From contig JAXGPF010000006.1 of NCBI GenBank assembly GCA_040767085.1, positions 160,001-224,000 on the forward strand: a DNA stretch of 64,000 nt. The letters are read 5' to 3'. Positions 48,146 through 58,022 of the stretch are shown here, piece after piece. The notes below the pieces were generated by a model. It searched no databases, was not told where the DNA came from, and saw only the letters and a program-made list of their open reading frames with translations. The stretch comes from Kiritimatiellia bacterium (GTDB lineage: Bacteria > Verrucomicrobiota > Kiritimatiellia > JAAZAB01). The translations under genes and the position numbers were made by a program. The stretch's first letter is position 1, and every line of letters begins with the position of its first letter.

Positions 48146-49683
48146 ACGATTTCCTCCACCTGCCGAACAACGCGGCCGTCCCTCTGGACCAAATCCCGGT
48201 GTTGCAACTGGAGGCGTTCCGGGGCCGGATTTTGGATGATGTCCGCCAGGGCGCGCGCATTGCGGCATTATTCGCCGCCCCGGCCGATGGCGGACACCGG
48301 CTGTTTGCAGTCCTGGCCTGCCCGGCGCGCGCCCGGCTTTCAATCTTCAGCGAAACCGCGGAACATAGTTATCCCGCCCTCACCCCGGCCTGCCCGCAGG
48401 CCCATCTTTTCGAACGTGAAATCAGCGAGCAGACCGGCATCCACCCCGCGGGGCATCCGTGGCTCAAGCCGGTCCGCTTCCCGGGGCGGGCGCCGGCGGC
48501 GCCATCGAATGCGCCGCCCCGTGGCGCCGCTGCAGGGGAACGCGCGCAAATTCCGCCCGGGCAATGCGGCGTAATGGATTTCTTCCAAATCACCGGCGAG
48601 GAAATCCACGAAGTTGCGGTCGGCCCCGTGCATGCCGGGATCATCGAGCCCGGCCATTTCCGGTTCCAGTGTCACGGCGAAACAGTGCGCCACCTGGAGA
48701 TTTCGCTGGGTTACCAGCACCGCGGCCTGGAACAAGCCTTGATTGGCGGACCCGGCCGGCGGACGCTGCATTACATGGAAACCCTGGCCGGCGACACCAC
48801 TATCGGTCATGCGATGACTTACTGCCAAGTCCAGGAAGCCCTGGCGCAATGCGAAGTGCCGGCCCGCGCCCAGGCGCTGCGCGGCATCGCCCTGGAATTG
48901 GAGCGCATCGCCAATCACATCGGCGATCTCGGCGCGCTGGCGGGCGATATCGGATTTCTGCCGACCATGTCCTTCTGCGGCCGGATTCGCGGCGACATCC
49001 TGAACCTGACAGCGTGCCTGTGCGGCAACCGCTTCGGGCGCCGCCTGGTCGTGCCCGGCGGAACGGCTTATGACCTGGACGGACAACAGGCCGCGCTGCT
49101 GCGCGCCCGGCTGAAAGCGGCCATGGCGGACGCCGCCGCGGCCGTCAACCTGCTTTGGGAAACGCCCTCGGTGCTCGCACGCTTCGAAAACACCGGCGGG
49201 CTGACCCGCGCCGCGGCCGTGGAAATCGGCCTGGTGGGCGTGGCGGCGCGCGCCTGCGGGCTGGACCGGGATGTCCGCCGCGATTTCCCCGCCGGCATTT
49301 ACCAATGGGCGCAGATTCCCGTCGCCACCTGGCGCACGGGCGATGTCTTCGCGCGCGCCTTTGTGCGCTGGCTGGAAGCTCAGCGTTCCGCCGCGTTCAT
49401 CCATGACCTGTTGCAAAACCTGCCCGATGCCACCGTCCGCGCCCCCTGCCCTGGCCAACTGCCGCCGGCGCATCTGGCCGTGGCGCTGACGGAAGGCTGG
49501 CGCGGCGAAATCTGCCACGCGGCCGTCACCGGGGCCGACGGCCGGTTCGTCTGCTACAAGGCGCTGGATCCTTCTTTCCATAACTGGTTCGGCCTGGCGC
49601 AAGCCATGCGCGGCCAGCAGATATCCGATTTTCCGCTGTGCAACAAGAGTTTTAACCTGTCCTATTGCGGGCACGATTTGTAA
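48142..49683 (+). CDS. HycE/HyfG-like large subunit lacking NiFe ligands (EhrL type)
   Basis: VGPVHAGIIEPGHFRF is present. ETLAGD replaces RxCGxC, and NKSFNLSYCGHDL replaces DPCxxC. Confidence 0.92.
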   Translation: MNDFLHLPNNAAVPLDQIPVLQLEAFRGRILDDVRQGARIAALFAAPADGGHRLFAVLACPARARLSIFSETAEHSYPALTPACPQAHLFEREISEQTGIHPAGHPWLKPVRFPGRAPAAPSNAPPRGAAAGERAQIPPGQCGVMDFFQITGEEIHEVAVGPVHAGIIEPGHFRFQCHGETVRHLEISLGYQHRGLEQALIGGPGRRTLHYMETLAGDTTIGHAMTYCQVQEALAQCEVPARAQALRGIALELERIANHIGDLGALAGDIGFLPTMSFCGRIRGDILNLTACLCGNRFGRRLVVPGGTAYDLDGQQAALLRARLKAAMADAAAAVNLLWETPSVLARFENTGGLTRAAAVEIGLVGVAARACGLDRDVRRDFPAGIYQWAQIPVATWRTGDVFARAFVRWLEAQRSAAFIHDLLQNLPDATVRAPCPGQLPPAHLAVALTEGWRGEICHAAVTGADGRFVCYKALDPSFHNWFGLAQAMRGQQISDFPLCNKSFNLSYCGHDL

Positions 49684-49694
49684 GGACCTGAAAA

Positions 49695-50477
49695 ATGAGC
49701 AGCCTGTTGATCACCCGCCTGCGCCAGGGATACCGGACCATGCCCTACCCGGCCGGCCCGCCGCCCGCAATGCCGGAGCGCTTCACCGGCCGGCCCGCGA
49801 TCCAGGCCGGCGCCTGCCGCGCAGATTGCCGGATGTGCGAGGAGGTCTGCCCTGCCGGCGCCATCCAGCGCGCCGGCGGCGCGGTGCAAATCGACATGGG
49901 CCGCTGTATCTTCTGCGCCAAATGCCGGGACGCCTGCCCGGCGCACGCCATCGCCTTTACCGCGGAACACCGCCTGGCGGCGCGCCGGCGGCCGGACCTG
50001 CTGGTCGCCGGCGGCGCGCCCTTCGCCCGGAATGAAAACCATGGCGCAATCCGGAAAATTTTCGGGCGCTCGCTCAAGCTGCGCCAGGTCAGCGCCGGGG
50101 GCTGCAACGCCTGCGAGGCCGACACCAACGTGCTCAATACCCTGGCCTGGGATCTGGGCCGGTTCGGCATCCAATTCGTCGCCGCGCCCCGCCATGCCGA
50201 CGGCCTGCTGATTACCGGGCCGGTAACACAAAACATGGCGCTGGCGCTGCGTAAGACCTACGACGCCGTGCCGTCTCCGAAAATCGTCATCGCCGTCGGC
50301 GCCTGCGCCATTGCCGGCGGCCCATACGCCGGACATCCGGAAGTCCGCAACGGCGCGGAAGCCCTGCTGCCGGTGGACCTTTACATCCCCGGCTGCCCGC
50401 CGCATCCGCTGACAATCCTGGACGGCCTGCTCTGGCTGCTGGGACGGTTGCCCGCAACCCGCCGTCCGGTATCGTAA
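49695..50477 (+). CDS. 2x[4Fe-4S] ferredoxin fused to a NuoB/HycG-like small subunit (EhrS type)
   Basis: CxxxCxxCxxxCP, CxxCxxCxxxCP, GGCNACE, GACA and PGCPP motifs. Confidence 0.93.
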   Translation: MSSLLITRLRQGYRTMPYPAGPPPAMPERFTGRPAIQAGACRADCRMCEEVCPAGAIQRAGGAVQIDMGRCIFCAKCRDACPAHAIAFTAEHRLAARRRPDLLVAGGAPFARNENHGAIRKIFGRSLKLRQVSAGGCNACEADTNVLNTLAWDLGRFGIQFVAAPRHADGLLITGPVTQNMALALRKTYDAVPSPKIVIAVGACAIAGGPYAGHPEVRNGAEALLPVDLYIPGCPPHPLTILDGLLWLLGRLPATRRPVS

Positions 50478-50523
50478 CCGCCGGCCAGTCCGATTGGCAT
50501 GGGACAGGAATCACTGCCGAAGA

Positions 50524-51564
50524 TTACCAGCAGATGGCCAGCGGGCGCGGCAACTTGACACATTGGCCATTGGGCGTCAGCTTGCCGGTATGCCGGTCGT
50601 AATCGAAGAAAACCACATTGCCGGAAAACTCGTTGGCGGCGGCGAATTTTTTCATCCCGGGCAGAAAATTGATGTCGCGCGGGCTGCTGCCGCCGGAAAG
50701 CGCCAAGTCGTATAACTCCAACGCGCCGCCAGCCCGGCCCACCCGGTAACAGGCGATGGAATCGAAGCCGCGGTTGGACGCAAACAAGTATTGCTCATCT
50801 TCCGCAAGCCGGATGGCCGACGCCTTGGTCGGGCATGTCAGATGCGGGGGAATGGAAGCCGCGCACTGGAGCAAATCGAACCGGCCGGCCGCATAGGCCA
50901 ACGCCACAACGCTGTTGCCCAGTTCATTGACCAGATAAGCGCGGTCGCCGGCCTGGTTGAAAACCAGGTGCCGCGGACCCGAGCCGGGCGGCGTCACCTT
51001 GAAAACACTGGGATGCGCGGCATCCAGCCCGCGCGCCGGATCGAACGGATAGAGCATGACGGCATCAAGCCCCAGGTCCACAACGCAGAGGTAACGGCCG
51101 TCGGGGGTGAACGAGGTAAAGTGGGGATGCGGCGCAGCCTGGCGTTCGGGATGGACCCCCCTGCCCGTATGCCGGATAACTTTCAATCGTTCCGCTATGC
51201 CGCCGTCTTCCGCCAGCGCGAATTCGGCCACGGAACTCGAGTGGTAATTCGCGCAATACAAAAATCCGCCGGCCGCATCGGCGGCGAGGTGGCAGGCGCC
51301 GGGGCCGTCCGCCGCCGCCTGATTGAGGAACGCGAGCGAGCCGTCCGGCTCAACCCTGAACGCGGCGCACCCGCCGACGCCTTCGGCCACGGCGCAGGTG
51401 GCGTACAGACGTTGGCGATTGCGCGCAAAGGCCAGGTAGCCGGCGTTGGGCAGCGGAGTGAAGCCCCGCTGCTCCGGCACGCCATGGGCGTCCAGCGCCA
51501 GGCGATAAATGCCGCCGTCCGGATTGGACGACATGGCTGCGACATAGAAATCTCCGTGGTTCAT
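50524..51564 (-). CDS. Lactonase family beta-propeller (6-phosphogluconolactonase-like)
   Basis: ACH, ANY, RQxxPHPH, DLGLD, GSGPRH, SNRG and PRD motifs. Confidence 0.92.
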   Translation of the reverse strand: MNHGDFYVAAMSSNPDGGIYRLALDAHGVPEQRGFTPLPNAGYLAFARNRQRLYATCAVAEGVGGCAAFRVEPDGSLAFLNQAAADGPGACHLAADAAGGFLYCANYHSSSVAEFALAEDGGIAERLKVIRHTGRGVHPERQAAPHPHFTSFTPDGRYLCVVDLGLDAVMLYPFDPARGLDAAHPSVFKVTPPGSGPRHLVFNQAGDRAYLVNELGNSVVALAYAAGRFDLLQCAASIPPHLTCPTKASAIRLAEDEQYLFASNRGFDSIACYRVGRAGGALELYDLALSGGSSPRDINFLPGMKKFAAANEFSGNVVFFDYDRHTGKLTPNGQCVKLPRPLAICW

Positions 51565-51649
51565 GCCGCGCATCGTACACGGATATTGCCGGCAAATCAA
51601 CTCTACTTTCGGCATGCGGGCATGCAGGATGATGGATACGCCGGCAAAG

Positions 51650-52855
51650 TTAAAGTCGCCGGCGCCGGCATTGCCGGAGGCCGGCGGCCAGGATGGCCAG
51701 TCCGGCCAGGGCTGCCGCCAGCCGTACCTGCCTTTCGCTCACCGCGGTCACCAGGTGCCTGCTGACCGGACTGGTATAGGCGGCGGCCTGATCGGCCAGG
51801 CATTGCGCCCGCTCGCGCTCGCCGGCATCCCATACCGCGCCGGCGGCGCGCAAGGTATTGGAAAAACCGGTCTCCAGGATGCGGTTTTCATGCCATGCGA
51901 CCGTCAGCGCCTCGCGCGCGCGTTGCGGCTGCCGGCGGGACTCCCGGAGGTAACGGTCGCGCCGGAAAAGGCGCACGCGCATTTCATGGATAAAAGGCCA
52001 GGCCCAGCCCGGATGGCGCGCGAGGAATTCCTCGTAATCGCGCGAACTTTGAAACGGCTTGATCAACGCGGCATGGGCGGCGGTATCGGCGGCGTCCGCC
52101 CGCGCCAGTTCCGCCCGGGTCAGGCGCGACGGGAAACGCGCTCCTTCCGGCGTCCGATGCATGTAACCGTATTCAATCATCACATCCGACACGGCCCGGA
52201 TGGGCGGCAGCCAGGCTCCCAGCCGCGCCTGGCGCGCCGGCGTGTTCAACAGGCAGAAAGACAGCGCGGCCCAGGCCAGGGTCAGCGCGGCGGAAAACCG
52301 GCGCCAGGAACGCGCATCCGCGGGCGCGGCGGCCGGAGGCCAACGCAGCCCCCAGCGCATGACCGCCAGCATCAGCAGGGCGCCGGCCAGGTTGATGGCC
52401 AAATCGCGGAAATCGAAAAAGCGCCGGGGCGTGTACCACTGGATGATCTCATCCATAATGCCGAAAAAAACCGCGAGCGCGGCGGCCGTCGGCCAGAGCA
52501 GGCGGTCGCGGCCGGCATGCCGCAGCGCGCGCACCGCCAGGACGGCCAGGAGTCCGTATTCCGCCAGGTGCAGCGCCTCTTCCGGCCGGGCGCGCAAATG
52601 CCAGACCGCCGCGCCATACGCCAGCGCCGCCCCCGCGAGGACGGCTTGCCGGCGCCGGCCGGCGCGGCGCAGTCCGGCCAGCAGCAGGGCGGCCAATCCG
52701 GCCGCAGCCACCGCCAGTACCGCCCCGCGCAGGCAATCATCGCCGAGCGCATCCTGCGCGAACTGCTGGATGGGGCGCGCGAAAGGTATCGCGGCGTAAA
52801 CAACGCCCACCCAGGCCGCGGCGGCGGCCAAATCCATGACTACCATACAGCGCAT
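51650..52855 (-). CDS. VanZ-like domain membrane protein
   Basis: EEALHLAEYGLL...DEIIQWYTPRRFFDFRDLAIN; start approximate. Confidence 0.75.
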   Translation of the reverse strand: MRCMVVMDLAAAAAWVGVVYAAIPFARPIQQFAQDALGDDCLRGAVLAVAAAGLAALLLAGLRRAGRRRQAVLAGAALAYGAAVWHLRARPEEALHLAEYGLLAVLAVRALRHAGRDRLLWPTAAALAVFFGIMDEIIQWYTPRRFFDFRDLAINLAGALLMLAVMRWGLRWPPAAAPADARSWRRFSAALTLAWAALSFCLLNTPARQARLGAWLPPIRAVSDVMIEYGYMHRTPEGARFPSRLTRAELARADAADTAAHAALIKPFQSSRDYEEFLARHPGWAWPFIHEMRVRLFRRDRYLRESRRQPQRAREALTVAWHENRILETGFSNTLRAAGAVWDAGERERAQCLADQAAAYTSPVSRHLVTAVSERQVRLAAALAGLAILAAGLRQCRRRRL

Positions 52856-53016
52856 GCGCTTCCTTTCCGCCGGTATACCGGCGGCCAATGCCGCCGTTTG
52901 CCGCCAGTATAAAACCCGCCCGGCCAGGGATACAACCCGAATATTGCATTTATTCTTGATCTTTTGCTGTACTCAGGCGTAAGATACACGCGAACTTATT
53001 GGCCTGTCACGCCCGC

Positions 53017-54474
53017 ATGAGCGATCATAACAATATCCTGCAGGATTTGGATTTTGTCCCCGAATGGGCGCGCCAGCCCGCTGGCGGCGCCGTGCAAATC
53101 AACATCGCGCGCGGCGGCGGGCCCCGTCCCGAGCGTCGGTTTGAACCGCGCGAAGGCGGCTATCCGGCGCGGCGCCCCGGACGGCCTGACGGCGCGCGCA
53201 GCCGGCCTCACAACCCCGCCCATGCCGATGCGCCGCGGCGGCGGATGCCGCGCCGGGATAACGCGCCCGCGGAGGATGACCGGCCTGCCGCCGGGTACCG
53301 CATCAATTTCATTCCCGAGCGCCGCGGACTCAAGCCGCTGGTCACCCAGTTGGCCCGCACCCGGCGGGCCTGGCCGCTGAACGACGTGGCCAAGATGTTT
53401 CTCAGCAAGCCGGTTTTTTACGCCGTCAAGCTTGAAACCGCGCCGCTGCTGCCGGGCGCGGAAGCGGCGGACGGCGCAAACCAGCCGGCTTTATTTCAAT
53501 GCACCGAATGCCTGCAGCTATTCCAGACGCGCGACGCTGCCGTGAACCATGCCATGCGCGCGCATTTCAGCCAGTTTTTCGACCTGGAAGAACAGCCGGG
53601 CGAGCCGCCGAAGGGCAATTTTTCCATCGTCGCGCGCTGCGGATTAAGCGGGATCCTGCTGGGCCCTCCGAATTACCATCTTTACAACGATAAAATCCAG
53701 GAAGTGCACCGGCAGCGTTTCCCGGACATGCCGATGGAAAATTACCGGCGGCACATTGTCAACGACACCGATCCCGCCCGGCTGGAGCAGTGGAAGCAGG
53801 AAGTGGCCCGCCAGACCATCTACCGCACCAAGCGCGAAGCGGAACCGCAGACCTTCAAGCGCCTGGCGGAAGCGGAGGATTTCTTCCGCGCCGCCTACGT
53901 GCCGCAACTGGTGCGGGAAGGCCAGCGCTTCATCATCCCCGGCGCGGTTGTGCCGGACTTGGAAGATCAGGCGCTGCAGCGCGCCATCCGGCAAATCTGG
54001 CTCCGGGAAAACCGGTCGCCCCTGCGCATCACCCTGGCGGTACGCCCGGCTTTTAAACAACTGGGATTGCATATTTTCCGCGCCCCGGATAAAACGGTTT
54101 ACATAACCTCCATCTCCCCGCGCCCGTTGGGCGAATCGCAAACGACGGCGGAAATTGCATTTATCCTGAAATTCGTGGCAGACCATCCATACTGCACCAC
54201 GGCGGAACTAACGGGAGCCTGGTTGCAGACCGGAAAACCCGCAGCGGAATCGTCCCCGTCCAACGCCGCCGCCGAGGGCAGCGGCGCGCCGCCGTCCGCC
54301 ATTACCCTGCCGCTGCACTGGCTGACCGACAAGGGGCATATCATCGAGTTTTTTAACGGCAAACTGCTTGTGCCTGGCGCGGAAGACCAGGCCCACGGCA
54401 CACCGCCGGACGAAGCTTCAGACGTTGCGGCCGGTCCGGCCGCCCAGGACCAGCCGCCGGGCGCCGGCAGTTAG
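53017..54474 (+). CDS. Hypothetical protein
   Basis: Long ORF with host-like codon usage; LDFVPEW N-terminus, Arg-rich linker, CxxC...H motif and LLGPPNYH. Function not recognised. Confidence 0.75.
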   Translation: MSDHNNILQDLDFVPEWARQPAGGAVQINIARGGGPRPERRFEPREGGYPARRPGRPDGARSRPHNPAHADAPRRRMPRRDNAPAEDDRPAAGYRINFIPERRGLKPLVTQLARTRRAWPLNDVAKMFLSKPVFYAVKLETAPLLPGAEAADGANQPALFQCTECLQLFQTRDAAVNHAMRAHFSQFFDLEEQPGEPPKGNFSIVARCGLSGILLGPPNYHLYNDKIQEVHRQRFPDMPMENYRRHIVNDTDPARLEQWKQEVARQTIYRTKREAEPQTFKRLAEAEDFFRAAYVPQLVREGQRFIIPGAVVPDLEDQALQRAIRQIWLRENRSPLRITLAVRPAFKQLGLHIFRAPDKTVYITSISPRPLGESQTTAEIAFILKFVADHPYCTTAELTGAWLQTGKPAAESSPSNAAAEGSGAPPSAITLPLHWLTDKGHIIEFFNGKLLVPGAEDQAHGTPPDEASDVAAGPAAQDQPPGAGS

Positions 54475-54631
54475 ACGGCTCCGGCTGGCTCTCCTCCCGT
54501 GTGCCGGGGTGGAAGCGATGTTTAGTGAAACGCTATCCTTAATGCGCGCAAGATTCCGGGCGGAACGCCGGCGCGCGCCAATCGCACCCGATAATTTTGA
54601 AGACGGCCCTGAGCGGCCGCATGGAATGTAT

Positions 54632-55273
54632 ATGGCCGATATCCTGCTGGTTTGTCCGCATTGTGCTAAGACCACTGCCGTCTCGGAATACGCGGCGGGG
54701 CCGACCATCCCCTGTCCTGGCTGCGGCGCGGCCATCCCGCTGCCGGAAAACCAAAAACGCTCGCGCTTGACGCTTCGCAAAATCGACCCGGCCGCCGCTA
54801 CAGTTCCGCACGTCCCGCCCACGCGCCCCGGCGGCCCCAGTGTGGAAGACCGCAAACACTCCGCCTTTTTAAAACGCGACCTCCGGCGGGTACAGCGCGA
54901 CAAATGGTTCCATCGTCTCAGTTGGCTGGTGTTTCTGGCGCTGGCAGCGGTGTTATTTTACCTGCGCTTCCAGGGCGGCTATGCCCGCTGGACGACGCTG
55001 GATGAATTCAAATTTTACGGCCTGCTATCCATTGGCGCCTTATACCTGATCATCATAATCTGCGCCTTGAAGGACAACATGTTTGACGGACTGCTGTCGC
55101 TGGCCGTGCCGCTATATCCCTTTTATTATATTTTCGCGGTTTCCGGCGCCGTTTTCCTGCGCGCTGTGACCGCTGCGCTGCTGCTGGTGTTCGGCAAGGA
55201 TTTGCTCGGCCGTCTGCAGACTTGGGTGACGATGCTGTTCGACATAATTAACAACTGGATCCGCAGCGCATGA
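54632..55273 (+). CDS. Zinc-ribbon membrane protein
   Basis: CPHC...CPGC followed by about 4 TM helices; ATGA-coupled to alr. Confidence 0.75.
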   Translation: MADILLVCPHCAKTTAVSEYAAGPTIPCPGCGAAIPLPENQKRSRLTLRKIDPAAATVPHVPPTRPGGPSVEDRKHSAFLKRDLRRVQRDKWFHRLSWLVFLALAAVLFYLRFQGGYARWTTLDEFKFYGLLSIGALYLIIIICALKDNMFDGLLSLAVPLYPFYYIFAVSGAVFLRAVTAALLLVFGKDLLGRLQTWVTMLFDIINNWIRSA

Positions 55274-56403
55274 ACCACCTGATCCGCGCCGCCATCAGCC
55301 GCGCCGCCCTGCGCCATAACCTGCGCTTGTTGCGCCGTTTAAGCCGGCCGGCGCAGGTCTGCGCCATGATCAAAGCCAACGCCTATGGCCATGACGCCCG
55401 GCTGGTCGCCCGCGCCCTGGCCGGCCTGCCGGACGCCTGGGGTGTCGCCACCCTCGGCGAGGCCGTGGCCCTGCGGGAACACGGCTTGCGCGAGCCGATC
55501 CTGGTTTTTTGTCCATTCGAGGACTATTTCCCCGACACGCGCGCGCGCCGGGAAGCGCTGGACGCCATCCTGGAACACCGCCTGCAGCCCGTGGTCGCCG
55601 GCGCGTCCGGCCTGGCATTGCTGGCACGCCATGCGCAACGGCGCCGGCGCGAACTGGAACTGCATCTCAAGGTGGATACCGGCATGGGCCGCAGCGGCTG
55701 CCTCCCCGGGGAACTCCTGCCGCTCCTGCGCCAGGCGGCCGGCGTCCCCGGCCTGCGCACCGCCGGTTTCTGCAGCCATTTCGCCTCCGCCGATGCGGCC
55801 GACCTGGCCGGCGCACGGCAACAGTTGCGCTTGTTCGCCCAATTGGCCGGCGCCGCCGCCGGCGCCGGCCTGCGCCCGCCGCTCCTGCATCTGGCCAACA
55901 GCGCCGCGATTTTCAACCTGCCGGCCGCGCGCTGGGACATGGTGCGCCCCGGCATTGCCCTTTACGGCTATGCCGGCCCGCACCTGCGCGGCGCCGCCGC
56001 CTTGCGGCCGGTGCTGGAAGTGGACGCGCCGGTGGTAATGACCAAGCGCCTCTCCCGCGGTCAATCCTGCGGCTACGGCGCCACCTTCGTCACCCGCCGC
56101 CCAACGCGCATCGGCCTGGTCTATGCCGGCTATGCCGACGGATATGACCGGCGTCTGTCTAATACCGGCGTGGTGGACTTTGACGGCCGCCGCGCCCCGG
56201 TGGTGGGCCGCGTCAGCATGGATGCCATCATCGTGGATATCACCGATATCCCCGGCGTGGAAGTCGGCAGCCGCGCGCGTCTGGTCAGCCCGCGGCGCGC
56301 CGATCCGCACTCCGTGGAAGCGCTGGCGCGTCAACTTGGCACCATTCCCCATGAAATCACCTGCCGCCTGGGACCGCGCGTCCAGCATTGTCTAGTCGCT
56401 TGA
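55270..56403 (+). CDS. alr: Alanine racemase
   Basis: IKANAYGH, HLKVDTGMGR, VRPGIALYG, GYG, GYADG and GRVSMD motifs. Confidence 0.96.
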   Translation: MNHLIRAAISRAALRHNLRLLRRLSRPAQVCAMIKANAYGHDARLVARALAGLPDAWGVATLGEAVALREHGLREPILVFCPFEDYFPDTRARREALDAILEHRLQPVVAGASGLALLARHAQRRRRELELHLKVDTGMGRSGCLPGELLPLLRQAAGVPGLRTAGFCSHFASADAADLAGARQQLRLFAQLAGAAAGAGLRPPLLHLANSAAIFNLPAARWDMVRPGIALYGYAGPHLRGAAALRPVLEVDAPVVMTKRLSRGQSCGYGATFVTRRPTRIGLVYAGYADGYDRRLSNTGVVDFDGRRAPVVGRVSMDAIIVDITDIPGVEVGSRARLVSPRRADPHSVEALARQLGTIPHEITCRLGPRVQHCLVA

Positions 56404-56458
56404 CTGTTCGCCGGTTTTCGCGTATCTTGATAAACATCTCTTGCAAGGAGGCTTCACC

Positions 56459-56962
56459 GTGGCATTTCTAATTGGCATGTCCGAAGGTTTGCGCGGACAA
56501 AAATTCGAAATCAAAACCGACCGCACCACCATCGGCCGCAGTCCAGCCAATGATATCGTTGTCAACGACGGCGCCGCCTCGGCCCAGCATTGCTACATTT
56601 CCCGCCGCGGCGACCGTTATGTGTTGCACGACATGAATTCCACGAACGGCACCTGCCTGAACTTCGACCGGATCAAGGAAGCCGAATTGCAGCCCAAGCA
56701 GGTGATTCAGATCGGATCTTCCGAATTGATGTTCGATGACGATGCCCCGCCCCAAACCCCCTTGACCGCCACCACGCTGGCCAATGCCGATGTCGTCGCC
56801 GATGTGGCGCCGCCCGACCTCAAACCCAAGTCTTTTTCCAGCGTTTCACCCTTCGGCGCCCGCCGGCGCGACAACAAGAACATCTGGATGGCGATCATCG
56901 CCATTGTGGGCATTCTGGCCCTGGCGGGCGTGGCTTATTTTGTCACCCAGATTTTGAAATAA
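56459..56962 (+). CDS. FHA domain protein with C-terminal TM helix
   Basis: IGR...S..H...STNGT FHA motif; AAGGAGG RBS before the GTG start. Confidence 0.92.
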   Translation: MAFLIGMSEGLRGQKFEIKTDRTTIGRSPANDIVVNDGAASAQHCYISRRGDRYVLHDMNSTNGTCLNFDRIKEAELQPKQVIQIGSSELMFDDDAPPQTPLTATTLANADVVADVAPPDLKPKSFSSVSPFGARRRDNKNIWMAIIAIVGILALAGVAYFVTQILK

Positions 56963-57017
56963 TTTTTGGGTTACCGCTCAAATTTTCCGCCGCGCATCCG
57001 GGGGGAAGGATTCCACC

Positions 57018-57692
57018 ATGCCGCCGCCATGCCTGCATTCCCGCGCGCGCCGCCAGGGCGCAACTCTGTTGGAGTTATTGGCGGCCACGGCCATTGCCGC
57101 CTTGATTTTTTCCGTTTTATTCGCCGTCTACTTCGCCGTCATCCAGACCATCGGCCGCCAGTCCGGCGGCCGCGGCGCGGCGGCGGCCGCTGACGCGCTC
57201 GATGTCCTGGCGCGCGACTTCATGTGCGCCATGATCCCGGCCAACCTGACCAACCCGCCGCTGGAATTGACCGGGGCCACCAACGATCTCCCGGGCATGC
57301 TCTGCCGTTTTTATACCGCGGAAGCGTGGTCGCCGGATCTCGAGCCCCGGCATTACGCCGCGCGCGCGGTGCAGGTGCAATTGCTGCCCGGCCCGGCGGC
57401 CGGCGCCTATATCCTGGAACGGCTCAGCCGGCCCCTGCCCGGCGCCGCCGGCAGCACCAGCACCGTCCGCGAGACCTGGGCTCCCCTTTACGCCCTGGCC
57501 ATGGCCGCCTATGACGGCGAAAGCTGGAGCAACCGCTGGTCCGGCGGCGATTTGCCCCGGGCCATCCGCCTGAGCCTGCAATACGGCGCCGCGCCGGACC
57601 AGGCATACGCCATGGAGATACCCATCCCCGCCGGCATTCCTTTCGGCCCCACCAACCCCTCCGCGCTGGGCGCCGCGATCAAGCGAAACTGA
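57018..57692 (+). CDS. Prepilin-type N-terminal cleavage protein (GspJ-like pseudopilin)
   Basis: RRQG|ATLLELL followed by a hydrophobic helix; YDGxxWxxxW...LPRAIRL. Confidence 0.8.
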   Translation: MPPPCLHSRARRQGATLLELLAATAIAALIFSVLFAVYFAVIQTIGRQSGGRGAAAAADALDVLARDFMCAMIPANLTNPPLELTGATNDLPGMLCRFYTAEAWSPDLEPRHYAARAVQVQLLPGPAAGAYILERLSRPLPGAAGSTSTVRETWAPLYALAMAAYDGESWSNRWSGGDLPRAIRLSLQYGAAPDQAYAMEIPIPAGIPFGPTNPSALGAAIKRN

Positions 57693-57752
57693 CATGCAAC
57701 AAGTTCTGCAATCTGCTCAATGATTACGCGGGCCGGCGGCACAAGCGCTGGA

Positions 57753-58022
57753 TTAATGCTCGAAGACCAGGCACTTGGCTTCCACGCCCGCGATCCCGTT
57801 CAAGGCGGCAACGATCTGGTTGCACCGGCTTTTCGCCCCAACCAATTCCAGAATGATCATGCCGTTGGGTGAAGCGGCGCGGCCGTTCGCTTCGTGCAAG
57901 CCGATGCGGGTCTTGATGTTCGCCCCGTAACTCGTCAGCTTTTTCTGGACCAGCCCGGCCTGTTTGACGCGGTCGGTGACGTGGATGGCGGCGACAATAT
58001 GGTCTTGACGTTTCTTCTGCAT
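57753..58022 (-). CDS. Small ACT-like protein, TM1266 / putative iron-only hydrogenase system regulator family
   Basis: DRxxxAxxVQxxLTxYGxxIKTRIGLHE...GxIxLE motif; GGAGG RBS. Confidence 0.75.
   Translation of the reverse strand: MQKKRQDHIVAAIHVTDRVKQAGLVQKKLTSYGANIKTRIGLHEANGRAASPNGMIILELVGAKSRCNQIVAALNGIAGVEAKCLVFEH

Noticed and set aside
48142-49683. Functional [NiFe] hydrogenase-4 large subunit
   Set aside because: Both CxxC metal-binding motifs are absent.
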